From an uncultured Pseudomonadota bacterium (GTDB lineage: Bacteria; Pseudomonadota; Alphaproteobacteria; Rs-D84): 59,323 nt of DNA. The notes under the pieces were generated by a model. That model was given only the letters and a program-made list of their open reading frames with translations. It searched no databases and was not told the origin of the DNA. The position numbers and the translations under genes are program-made. This document shows, in pieces, positions 18,759 through 27,423 of this stretch (its first letter is position 1; each line of letters opens with the position of its first letter). The DNA is taken from NCBI GenBank assembly GCA_949288265.1, contig CASEJM010000024.1, positions 1-59,323 on the forward strand. The letters run 5' to 3'.

Positions 18759-18886
18759 TGATACAAAACGATTTCAGTTACATTTTGGGTCGCAGGAAAT
18801 GATATTATCATCAGTATTATTAGTACCGCAATCAATGTCCATATAATGATTTTATTTCGTTTTGTGTTTTTTTTACGTAATGGCAT
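18755..18886 (-). CDS. Possible small membrane protein (43 aa), not in the ORF track
   Basis: Encodes MPLRKKNTKRNKIIIWTLIAVLIILMIISFPATQNVTEIVLYQ*, with a basic N-terminus and one TM. Its stop overlaps the xerD ATG (ATGA). Confidence 0.3.
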   Translation of the reverse strand: MPLRKKNTKRNKIIIWTLIAVLIILMIISFPATQNVTEIVLYQ

Positions 18887-18900
18887 ATTAATTCCGTTTT

Positions 18901-19962
18901 TTAAATTGTGTCAAAAGTTGTAATGAATGTACCCGCTGCCGCAATTATTATTAGTGGCGGGGCAATAATTGCTAGTAATGGCGGAAGAACGCCTGTTGAT
19001 CCCAAAGCGTTGAACATATTTACTAAAAAATATAGCGCAAAACACGTTAAAATGCCTAATGCAAACTTTATTCCAAAACTATAATTACGTCTTTGACGTG
19101 TTTGAGAAAACGCGACCCCAAGCGTTGCCATTGAAACCATCGTTAATGGTAAGAATAATAATGTCCAATATTGAACTAAATGTCCACGTACAGAAACACC
19201 TATCGCTTCCATCTTTTTTATGAATGCAGGTAATTCCCAGAAAGAGATTTGATCGGGTTGCAGATAACGGTCAAGTACTGTTTGCGGGGTTATCAGCGTT
19301 TTTAATTGCCAAGAACCTGTGGTAGGAACACCTTTGGTATCCCATTTTGTTGCTTTCGTTGTGCTAAGCCCGGCGTCAGATAATTTTACTGTATCCGCTT
19401 GAACGCGTTGTAAAAGTTTAAAATCAGAACTTTGTATATATATGGTTGCGTCGTCAAACAGTAACGTGTCACCAGATTTATGCATATTTTTTGCGTTCAT
19501 CGTAACGAATGAAGTATCAGACGATTCGCGTAGCCATATTTCGTCATCAATCAACATTAAGTGATCCGAAGTTATGTTCTTAGAATTTAATTTTACGGAA
19601 TATGGATTAATTATTGTTGTTGCAATTACCCCTATTAAAGCCGCACCAACTAAAGAAGGACGAGCAATTTGGAACGGGGATAATCCCGCGCTGGCAACTA
19701 TGATGTTTTCACTGGATTTCGTTAAGTTATAAAAAGCTAATAATGTACCCATAAATATAGCCATAGGTAAAAACATAGGTACATACTCCAATAATCTGCG
19801 CCACGAATCAAATAAAGCGGCCGTTGCATCAGGATTAGATGGAAGACGTTCTACGAATGTTATTGCTAGTATTATTCCGCATACCACTAACATGACTATG
19901 CCTACGCCGTATAAAAAGCGTCGCATAAGAAAACGAGTCAAAATTCTTGGTCTTAGTCTCAT
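18901..19962 (-). CDS. LPS export ABC permease, LptF/LptG (YjgP/YjgQ) family
   Basis: 353 aa with three N-terminal TMs, a periplasmic beta-jellyroll-sized insert, and three C-terminal TMs. Confidence 0.75.
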   Translation of the reverse strand: MRLRPRILTRFLMRRFLYGVGIVMLVVCGIILAITFVERLPSNPDATAALFDSWRRLLEYVPMFLPMAIFMGTLLAFYNLTKSSENIIVASAGLSPFQIARPSLVGAALIGVIATTIINPYSVKLNSKNITSDHLMLIDDEIWLRESSDTSFVTMNAKNMHKSGDTLLFDDATIYIQSSDFKLLQRVQADTVKLSDAGLSTTKATKWDTKGVPTTGSWQLKTLITPQTVLDRYLQPDQISFWELPAFIKKMEAIGVSVRGHLVQYWTLLFLPLTMVSMATLGVAFSQTRQRRNYSFGIKFALGILTCFALYFLVNMFNALGSTGVLPPLLAIIAPPLIIIAAAGTFITTFDTI

Positions 19963-20061
19963 ATTTAATATCTCAATTAAAAAAGTATACCTTGTTCATT
20001 TGATAATTGCAAAATTAAAATGAACGCTTATAATTCCAACGAAATAATAAGGTTAGGTAAA

Positions 20062-20532
20062 ATGGAAAAAAGACCAATTTCAAGAGCTGGATTTGATAGC
20101 CTGCTTAAAGAACTGAAAGATTTAAAAGAAGTGCAAAGACCGGAAATTTTAAAGACCGTCCAGTGGGCTCGTTCTTTGGGTGATTTGTCTGAAAATGCTG
20201 ATTATAGCGCAGCAAAAGAAAAACAGCGGCAGATAGATAAACGTATTCAATTTATTGAAGATTTTATTAATAATGCCGACGTCATAGATGTTGATAGTTT
20301 ATCTGGTGACAGAATCGTTTTTGGGGCCCGGGTTATTGCCGAAGACGAAGACGGTAACCGTATGCAGTGTAGAATTTTATCAGATATAGAATCTGATGGT
20401 AAGCAAGTAATTTCTTGTACTTCTCCTGTTGGAAGAGCAATGATAGGTAGATGCGTTGGCGATACGTGCATTGTTAAATTACCAAGCGGGGAAAAAGAAT
20501 ATGAAATCTTAGAAGTAAAATTTAAGGAATGA
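20062..20532 (+). CDS. greA: Transcription elongation factor GreA
   Basis: GDLSENADYSAAKE..R.I..RI coiled-coil tip motif. I prefer the ATG at 20062 over the ORF-track start at 20020. Confidence 0.9.
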   Translation: MEKRPISRAGFDSLLKELKDLKEVQRPEILKTVQWARSLGDLSENADYSAAKEKQRQIDKRIQFIEDFINNADVIDVDSLSGDRIVFGARVIAEDEDGNRMQCRILSDIESDGKQVISCTSPVGRAMIGRCVGDTCIVKLPSGEKEYEILEVKFKE

Positions 20533-20540
20533 TTTTTATA

Positions 20541-22259
20541 ATGCCGATTCGCGTTTTGCCAGATTTTTTAGTTAATCAAATCGCAGCCGGTGAGGTGGTG
20601 GAACGTCCAGCCAGTGTTGTAAAAGAATTAGTAGAAAATGCTCTTGATGCGGGTGCTGATCAGATTGTAGTTGATGTTGTAGACGGCGGAAGAACTTTGA
20701 TTTCCGTTATAGATAATGGTTCTGGTATGTCACAGGAAGATTTACTGAAAAGTATTACCCGGCATGCAACTTCAAAATTACCGTCAGACGATTTATTAAA
20801 TATTAACTTTATGGGTTTTCGAGGCGAGGCCTTGCCGTCTATTGCATCTGTTTCTGAAATGGTTATAGATACCTTTAATGGCTGTGAAAATAATGGCTGG
20901 TCTTTGGATTGTGATACGGGTATTTTACGACCGTCAGATTGGGATTGTGGTACGCGTATCAGGGTAAATAATTTATTTGCTAAAACACCGGCGCGGTTAA
21001 AGTTTTTGCGCGGTGATAAGGCCGAAATGATGTCTGTACTGGACGTTATAAAACGTTTGGCTATGGCTCGTCCAGATGTTGGTTTTACGTTGAATAATAA
21101 GTGGCGTTTCCCTAAAAATCAGGATATGAATGAAAGAATAATTGCCGTAATGGGTGAAGACGTTCGTGATCGTATGTTAGAAGTTAATACAAAATCTTCG
21201 TCTACATCTTCTTTGGCGTTACAAGGTTTTGTTTCTGAACCTACTTTAAGACGGGCAAGTTCTGTTGACCAATATTTATTCGTTAATGGAAGACCTGTTA
21301 AAGATAAGGTTCTTATTGGGGCACTTCGCGCAGCATATATGGATGTTATGCACGCAAGAGAATTTCCTTTATGTGCTTTATATTTGACTTTAGACCCGCG
21401 CAGCGTTGATGTAAATGTTTCACCAGCGAAAACAGAAGTTCATTTTTTAGAACCTTCTCACATAAGGTCTTTTATAATAAAATCTTTACGGGACACATTG
21501 GCGCAAACTATATCAGATAAAGCGCAATTCTTTCCTATAAAATCGCCCACAAAAACAGAAAAAACGTCTATTAATTTCAGTGCAAATAATTTTCATGTAT
21601 GTGCACCAAAACGTGGCCCAGATAGTGCTTTTATGTTTGACATTTTACCAGAAAATAAAAAGCAAAAAGAAGAAACTTTGGCAATAGAAGAAGAAAAACC
21701 TTTGGGACACGTTATAGGGCAAGTTGGGAATAAGTATATATTAGCACAGAGTGGGGAAAATCTTATTATCGTTGATCAACATGCCGCACATGAACGTATA
21801 ACTTATGAACGCTTGCGAAATCATACCATAAAAGTGCAACCATTATTAACGCCCATAGTTGTATCTTTAAAACAGGAAGATGTAAATGCCGTTTTATCAA
21901 TAACGGATGAAATGCGAAATGCGGGATTGGTTATTGACGCGTTTGGTGATGACGCTGTGGCAATTTTTGAAAAACCATCAGATTGGGATTTAAATTGGCA
22001 AGATACGCTTCATGCGATTGCAGACGAGGTAAGGGCGTATGGGCATTCTTCACAGTTAAATGAACGTCTGCATTTGAAACTGGCTAATTATGCATGCCAT
22101 CATAGTGTGCGTGCCGGACAGAAACTAGATTTTGCGCAAATGGATGCGCTGCTAAGAGATATAGAAAACACTAATAGGGCGGGTGAATGTAATCATGGGC
22201 GACCAGTATATAAAATAATTCCGTTGATAGAGATTGATGGATGGTTTGAACGCGTCTGA
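20541..22259 (+). CDS. mutL: DNA mismatch repair protein MutL
   Basis: MPIRVLP..LVNQIAAGEVVERPASVVKELVENALDAG GHKL ATPase N-terminus and a C-terminal dimerisation domain. An alternative ATG at 20529 overlaps the greA stop. Confidence 0.93.
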   Translation: MPIRVLPDFLVNQIAAGEVVERPASVVKELVENALDAGADQIVVDVVDGGRTLISVIDNGSGMSQEDLLKSITRHATSKLPSDDLLNINFMGFRGEALPSIASVSEMVIDTFNGCENNGWSLDCDTGILRPSDWDCGTRIRVNNLFAKTPARLKFLRGDKAEMMSVLDVIKRLAMARPDVGFTLNNKWRFPKNQDMNERIIAVMGEDVRDRMLEVNTKSSSTSSLALQGFVSEPTLRRASSVDQYLFVNGRPVKDKVLIGALRAAYMDVMHAREFPLCALYLTLDPRSVDVNVSPAKTEVHFLEPSHIRSFIIKSLRDTLAQTISDKAQFFPIKSPTKTEKTSINFSANNFHVCAPKRGPDSAFMFDILPENKKQKEETLAIEEEKPLGHVIGQVGNKYILAQSGENLIIVDQHAAHERITYERLRNHTIKVQPLLTPIVVSLKQEDVNAVLSITDEMRNAGLVIDAFGDDAVAIFEKPSDWDLNWQDTLHAIADEVRAYGHSSQLNERLHLKLANYACHHSVRAGQKLDFAQMDALLRDIENTNRAGECNHGRPVYKIIPLIEIDGWFERV

Positions 22260-22352
22260 TTTTTAAGGATTTATAAACTATTTTTCTTTACATAATCGGC
22301 TTTTTTTACTATTCTGAACCCATATAAATGGATATATTTAAGGAGAAAAGTT

Positions 22353-22661
22353 ATGGAAGAAACAACGGCAGTCGTAGAAACTGCAACTAATACCGCTTCG
22401 GCAACTGTAAATAACTGGTGGGGTATGTTGCTTTACTGCTTGATAATATTTGCGATAATTTATGTGTTTATGGTACGACCAAACAAAAAGCGTATGGCTG
22501 AATATCAGAAAATGATTGATGCTTTAAAGATTGGTGATCGTGTTATGGCCGCCGGAATTTATGGCACCATTAAAAAAATAAATGAAAAATCAATAGAAAT
22601 GGAAATTGCAGATGGCGTCGTAATTGAAGTAAATAAAGGCGCAATCGCGAACGTTGAATAA
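22353..22661 (+). CDS. yajC: Preprotein translocase subunit YajC
   Basis: One TM followed by RPN.KR......M...L..GD.V....GI.G.I. It lies immediately upstream of secDF. Confidence 0.85.
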   Translation: MEETTAVVETATNTASATVNNWWGMLLYCLIIFAIIYVFMVRPNKKRMAEYQKMIDALKIGDRVMAAGIYGTIKKINEKSIEMEIADGVVIEVNKGAIANVE

Positions 22662-22673
22662 AAGGGTTGTGGT

Positions 22674-24233
22674 ATGTTTAAGAAACTGGCAATAATTTTC
22701 GTTGCAGTATTTGGTGTGTTATTGGCTGTGCCGACGGTTGCACCTAAGTTAGCACCGTATTTTCCATCTTGGATTCAACCAATTCCTTTGGGGTTGGATT
22801 TGAAGGGCGGGGCACAACTTTTGTTAGAAGTTGATACCGATGTGATGATGAAAGATAAAACCGCGCAATTATATGAAGATGCGCGCAGTGCGCTAATTGA
22901 TCGTGATAAGGGTGTAATAAGATTTTCGAATATGCGAAATAGTGATGGCGTTGTTTCTTTCGTCGTACGTGAAGAAGATGATGTTTCTAAAGCAAAAGGT
23001 AGGTTAAAAAGTGAATTTGGCGATACTGTGGATATTGTAACTGATGGGAAAACGGTATCTTTAACATATTCTCAAAAAGCAAAGGACGAAATGATAAAAG
23101 ACGCGCTGTCGCGTAGTATAGAAATCGTTCGTCGTCGTATTGATGCTTTAGGAACAAAAGAACCGTCCATTCAAAGTCAGGGTGGAAAATATATTTTGGT
23201 TCAGTTGCCTGGTGTTGATAATCCTGAACGCATAAAAGAATTAATCGGTCAGACCGCAAAAATGACGTTCCATTTAGTAAATGAAGATGTTACTCAAGAA
23301 CAATTGGCTTCTGGTAGGGCGCCTAAAGGCACGGAATTTTTACCTTTGATGGAAGCACCTAATCAATTAATTCCTGTGTATTCTAGGGTAGAAGTTTCAG
23401 GTGAATCATTGAAAGATTCTCAGGCTGATTTTGATCAGAATAATATGCCTGTTGTAACAACTGTATTTGATGCGGGTGGTGCGCGTAAGTTTGCACGTCT
23501 TACGACAGAACATGTTAATGAACGTTTCGCAATTGTTTTAGATGATATGGTTTTGTCCGCTCCTACAATACGTGAACCTATACCCGGTGGGCGGGGACAG
23601 ATTTCCGGTGGCTTTACTTTGCAGGGCGCAAAAGATTTGGCGGTATTGTTGCGTAGCGGGGCATTACCAGCACCGTTACAAGTTATCGAAGAACGTACTG
23701 TTGGTGCGGGACTTGGGGCTGATACAATTGCAGCCGGTAAAATCGCGTCTTTGGTCGGTATGATTTTCATTATGATATTTATGATAGTTTGCTATCGCGG
23801 TTTCGGTGTTATTGCAAGTTTTGTTTTAGTAATTAATTTAGCTATGATAATAGGTATATCAGCTTTCTTAGGCGCAACCTTAACTTTACCCGGAATTGCT
23901 GGTATCGTATTGACTTTGGGTATGGCTGTAGATGCTAATATATTGCCGTTTGAACGAATTCGTGATGAAATTCGTGCGGGGGCAACACCTTTACGCGCAG
24001 TAGAGGCAGGTTTTCATCGCTCTATGAAAGCCGTATTAGATGGAAATTTAACAAACTTAATTTGTTCGTTGGTTCTATTCCAATTTGGTGCAGGACCGAT
24101 TCGTGGTTTTGCCGTTACTTTATCGGTTGGCGTTTTGACAACGTTGTTTACTTGTGTATCTTTGTCAAAAGTAATAATCGATTGGTATATGAATGGTAAA
24201 AATAAAAAAATTAGTTATGTAAGAAGTAAGTAA
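22674..24233 (+). CDS. secD: Protein translocase subunit SecD
   Basis: LGLDLKGG, a large periplasmic domain, and a C-terminal 6-TM block with LPGIAGIVLTLGMAVDANIL. Confidence 0.95.
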   Translation: MFKKLAIIFVAVFGVLLAVPTVAPKLAPYFPSWIQPIPLGLDLKGGAQLLLEVDTDVMMKDKTAQLYEDARSALIDRDKGVIRFSNMRNSDGVVSFVVREEDDVSKAKGRLKSEFGDTVDIVTDGKTVSLTYSQKAKDEMIKDALSRSIEIVRRRIDALGTKEPSIQSQGGKYILVQLPGVDNPERIKELIGQTAKMTFHLVNEDVTQEQLASGRAPKGTEFLPLMEAPNQLIPVYSRVEVSGESLKDSQADFDQNNMPVVTTVFDAGGARKFARLTTEHVNERFAIVLDDMVLSAPTIREPIPGGRGQISGGFTLQGAKDLAVLLRSGALPAPLQVIEERTVGAGLGADTIAAGKIASLVGMIFIMIFMIVCYRGFGVIASFVLVINLAMIIGISAFLGATLTLPGIAGIVLTLGMAVDANILPFERIRDEIRAGATPLRAVEAGFHRSMKAVLDGNLTNLICSLVLFQFGAGPIRGFAVTLSVGVLTTLFTCVSLSKVIIDWYMNGKNKKISYVRSK

Positions 24234-24243
24234 GGGGCTGGGT

Positions 24244-25110
24244 ATGAAATTAAAGTTTATGAAATATCGCAAATTATCGTATTGGATTGCGGCGGTATTA
24301 GTTGGTTTGTCTATTTTGTCTTTATGTGTGCGCGGTTTGAATTATGGTATTGACTTTGCTGGTGGTATATCTATGGAAGTAACACCGGTATCCGCAGATT
24401 ATACAATTGATAAGATGCGTTCAGATTTGGCTCAGTTTAAACCTGAATTACAATCTGTCGGTAATAATGGTGCAATATTAGTTCGCGTCGGACTTCATAA
24501 AGGTGCAACCGATTCTGAACAGAATCAGCGTGTTACAGAAATTAAAAATATCTTGGGGGATAAAGTAGAATATTCTCAGGTTCAAATAGTAGGACCAAAA
24601 ATCGGTGGTGAACTTGTTCGTGGGGGAATTCTTGCCGTATTATTTTCCTTTATTTTAATGTCTGTCTATGTGTGGGTTCGGTACCGCGGTGGATATGCAA
24701 TCGGATCTTTTGTATCTTTATGTTTGGACTTTATCATAATGTTCGGTTTCTTTTCCATTACAGGGTTAGAATTTAACCAAACAGCCATTGCTGTAATATT
24801 GATGGGCGTAGGCTATTCAATTAATGATAAAGTTGTAAATTATGATCGTATTGAAGAAAATATAAAAATGTACCATAAAATGCCTATGGACGATTTGATA
24901 GATTTATCTGTAAACGAAATGATGCGCAGAACAATAATGACAGGTTTGTCAACAATTTTGGCTATGGTAGCGTTATATTTGTTTGGTGGTGCTATGTTAC
25001 GGGATTTCGCAATAGCGATGACGTTTGCAGTTGTAATGGGTACCTTTACAAGTATTTATATTTCAAATGTAATTTTGTATCACTTTAATTTGCGTGATGA
25101 TACAAAATAA
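24244..25110 (+). CDS. secF: Protein translocase subunit SecF
   Basis: GIDFAGG and a conserved C-terminal TM block (R.IMTGLST). Confidence 0.95.
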   Translation: MKLKFMKYRKLSYWIAAVLVGLSILSLCVRGLNYGIDFAGGISMEVTPVSADYTIDKMRSDLAQFKPELQSVGNNGAILVRVGLHKGATDSEQNQRVTEIKNILGDKVEYSQVQIVGPKIGGELVRGGILAVLFSFILMSVYVWVRYRGGYAIGSFVSLCLDFIIMFGFFSITGLEFNQTAIAVILMGVGYSINDKVVNYDRIEENIKMYHKMPMDDLIDLSVNEMMRRTIMTGLSTILAMVALYLFGGAMLRDFAIAMTFAVVMGTFTSIYISNVILYHFNLRDDTK

Positions 25111-25139
25111 GTGAAGTAACCAGGGGAGGGGATAAATAT

Positions 25140-26645
25140 ATGAGAATGATAAAATCTTTTTTATTCGCGCTTTTAACCTTGGTTACTATACCATGTTATG
25201 CAGATAGTTTGTTCTTTGAAGACGAACCTGTTCAAGATGGTTTAAATGTATTTGATGTTTCCGCAACTTTTGCAGATATATATGAAAAGCTTGACGGGGT
25301 AAAGTGGGGCGGAAAAAATATAAATGTAGCGATTGAAAGTTTGGAAAAATTAAATTCAGATGCACATATAGCCGCAACTGATGAACGGGTGGTATTGGTA
25401 TGGAAAGATGCTATAATCGCTAATTACCCTCGACCAGCCGCGGGCGATTGGAATGGTTTTGGTGAAATAACTACGGCGTTGGTTTTGAAATTGCGTGCAA
25501 ATGACCCTGTCTTACATAATGCTTCAACAAGTGAAATGTATCAGATGGTCGTTGATAGTTTAATGCGCGGTATTGATGAAAATGGTAGATATATATATTC
25601 TAGAGCCGCTGAGATCTCTGAAGATGGTAGAATTTTGACAAGTGTCGGATTGGAAGGAATGCGAGATGAAAGAGGAAATTATCGCGTAACTGGTATATAT
25701 AAAGACTCTCCCGCAGATACTGCAGGAATAAGAGAAGGGGATTTAATTGTATCAATAAATGGGCAAAGTGTTAAGAATATGTCCGATTCAGATTTATCTG
25801 CCGTTATGTCTGGTTTTAATTCTGGGACATCAAAAATAAAATTATTGTCACCAAGCGGAGAAAAAGACGTGGTTTTGCGCCGCGCAAGTATCGTTTTAGC
25901 CGATACCGATGTCGTTCATAGAAGCGATTTAGATAATGGTGGAATATTAGAAATTGTCGTACATAAAATTTCTGATAACACTGCATCTATTGTTAATGAG
26001 GCTTTGGCAAAATACCCGGACGTGTTTGGTATCGTTCTTGATTTGCGTGCTGCTACAGGTGACGATGAACGTGCTGCCGCAAAGCTGACGGGGTTATTCA
26101 TAGGTGAAAAACCGGTAATGCGAATAGTTGAAACTGCAAAGGAAGAAGTTGAAGTGGTTCCTGGTGGTTCCGCTGTTACTGATGCACCTGTTGTCGTTTT
26201 AATGTCTAATATGACACGTGGTACAGCAGAAGCTGTAGTTTCGGCTTTTTATGAAAACGGTCGCGGTGTTTTAGTGGGAACCCCGACCGCTGGTAGTGCA
26301 AGAATTGCAACTCGGATAAATTTGGAAAACGGTGGGGCTTTAGAGTTACTTAATAAAGCAATAAAAACAGGTACAGGGCGTACAATTGATGGAAGAGGAA
26401 TTTTCCCGATAGTTTGTTTGTCTAACATAAGGTCGTCTAATCAGCAGAATGCCTTTTTCTTAAATGTTATAAATAATGATTTTAATGCAAAAGATTTTAA
26501 TCGTGATGAAGAAGTTGATCCAGAGGCCGTACGCCGTGGGTGTCCGACGATAACAAGTGGGGCAGATGAAGACGCTTTATCCGCTGCTGTAGCAATTAAA
26601 ATACTGACCGATAAAAAGGTTTATAATAAATTAGTTGCTGAATAA
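25140..26645 (+). CDS. S41 (C-terminal processing peptidase)-like protein with a PDZ domain
   Basis: Signal peptide, PDZ segment GIYKDSPADTAGIREGDLIVSINGQSV, and an S41-like core (VVVLMSN.TRGTAEAVVSAF.ENGRGVLVGTPTAGS). The catalytic Ser and Lys positions look substituted. Confidence 0.65.
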   Translation: MRMIKSFLFALLTLVTIPCYADSLFFEDEPVQDGLNVFDVSATFADIYEKLDGVKWGGKNINVAIESLEKLNSDAHIAATDERVVLVWKDAIIANYPRPAAGDWNGFGEITTALVLKLRANDPVLHNASTSEMYQMVVDSLMRGIDENGRYIYSRAAEISEDGRILTSVGLEGMRDERGNYRVTGIYKDSPADTAGIREGDLIVSINGQSVKNMSDSDLSAVMSGFNSGTSKIKLLSPSGEKDVVLRRASIVLADTDVVHRSDLDNGGILEIVVHKISDNTASIVNEALAKYPDVFGIVLDLRAATGDDERAAAKLTGLFIGEKPVMRIVETAKEEVEVVPGGSAVTDAPVVVLMSNMTRGTAEAVVSAFYENGRGVLVGTPTAGSARIATRINLENGGALELLNKAIKTGTGRTIDGRGIFPIVCLSNIRSSNQQNAFFLNVINNDFNAKDFNRDEEVDPEAVRRGCPTITSGADEDALSAAVAIKILTDKKVYNKLVAE

Positions 26646-26668
26646 ACGTAAATATAAACGGAGCCGTT

Positions 26669-27367
26669 ATGTTTTTAACAAATGATAATAAAATCAAATG
26701 GAATTGGTTGAAGTGGGGAACTGTTATAGCAACTTTTTTAATAGTAACAGGTGTTCTATGGTTTGATAAACCTATTTATTTATTTTTACGTAATTTTGAT
26801 TGCGGTTTGTGGCGGGTGTTTAGTTTGGTTTTTGACGCAAAAATGTGGATCATCGTTTCCGCAATTGTTTTATTAGTATTTTACATAAAAAAGATTATTA
26901 AAACAAAACCTCGTTTTAGAAATGAAAACCATAAATTTAGTCTGCGTGTCTTTTGTCGTGACTTTATAGCTAAGACACATAATAGTTATGCTTTTTTTGT
27001 TTTGTCTTCTGTTTTGGCTGCAAGTATAGTTGGAAAAATTTTAAAAATACTTATCGGAAGAATGAGACCTGTTTTTTTTGAAGCTTTGGATAAAACTGGT
27101 TTTGTACCGTTTTCAACCGATTGGGCTTTTAATTCTATGCCGTCTGGCCATACGTTCGCGTCGTTTGCAGGACTTATCATGTTGGGCTTATTGGCACCTA
27201 AAATTAAATGGTTTACTTGGACGCTTGCCATTGTGATTGGTCTTTCGCGTATATGCGTTGGGGCTCATTGGCCATCGGATGTAATTTTTGGGGCTTTTAT
27301 AGGTATGGTAGCAGCCGATTTTGTAAAAGCTATTTTAAAGCATTATGGTGCAGAAATAGCGAAATAA
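26669..27367 (+). CDS. PAP2-family membrane phosphatase
   Basis: KILIGRMRP ... PSGH ... SRICVGAHWPSDV tripartite PAP2 motif, with multiple TMs. Confidence 0.85.
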   Translation: MFLTNDNKIKWNWLKWGTVIATFLIVTGVLWFDKPIYLFLRNFDCGLWRVFSLVFDAKMWIIVSAIVLLVFYIKKIIKTKPRFRNENHKFSLRVFCRDFIAKTHNSYAFFVLSSVLAASIVGKILKILIGRMRPVFFEALDKTGFVPFSTDWAFNSMPSGHTFASFAGLIMLGLLAPKIKWFTWTLAIVIGLSRICVGAHWPSDVIFGAFIGMVAADFVKAILKHYGAEIAK

Positions 27368-27407
27368 TTAATTTTTATCTTAAATCCTAACATTTTAGTC
27401 TTTTTTA

Positions 27408-27416
27408 TGATAAAAT
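27408..27416 (+). promoter_or_regulatory. Extended -10 promoter (TGaTAAAAT) 7 nt from the ftsK ATG at 27424
   Basis: TTTTTTATGATAAAAT. The ORF-track ATG at 27415 lies inside the -10 hexamer. Confidence 0.4.
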
Positions 27417-27423
27417 GCGGAGT

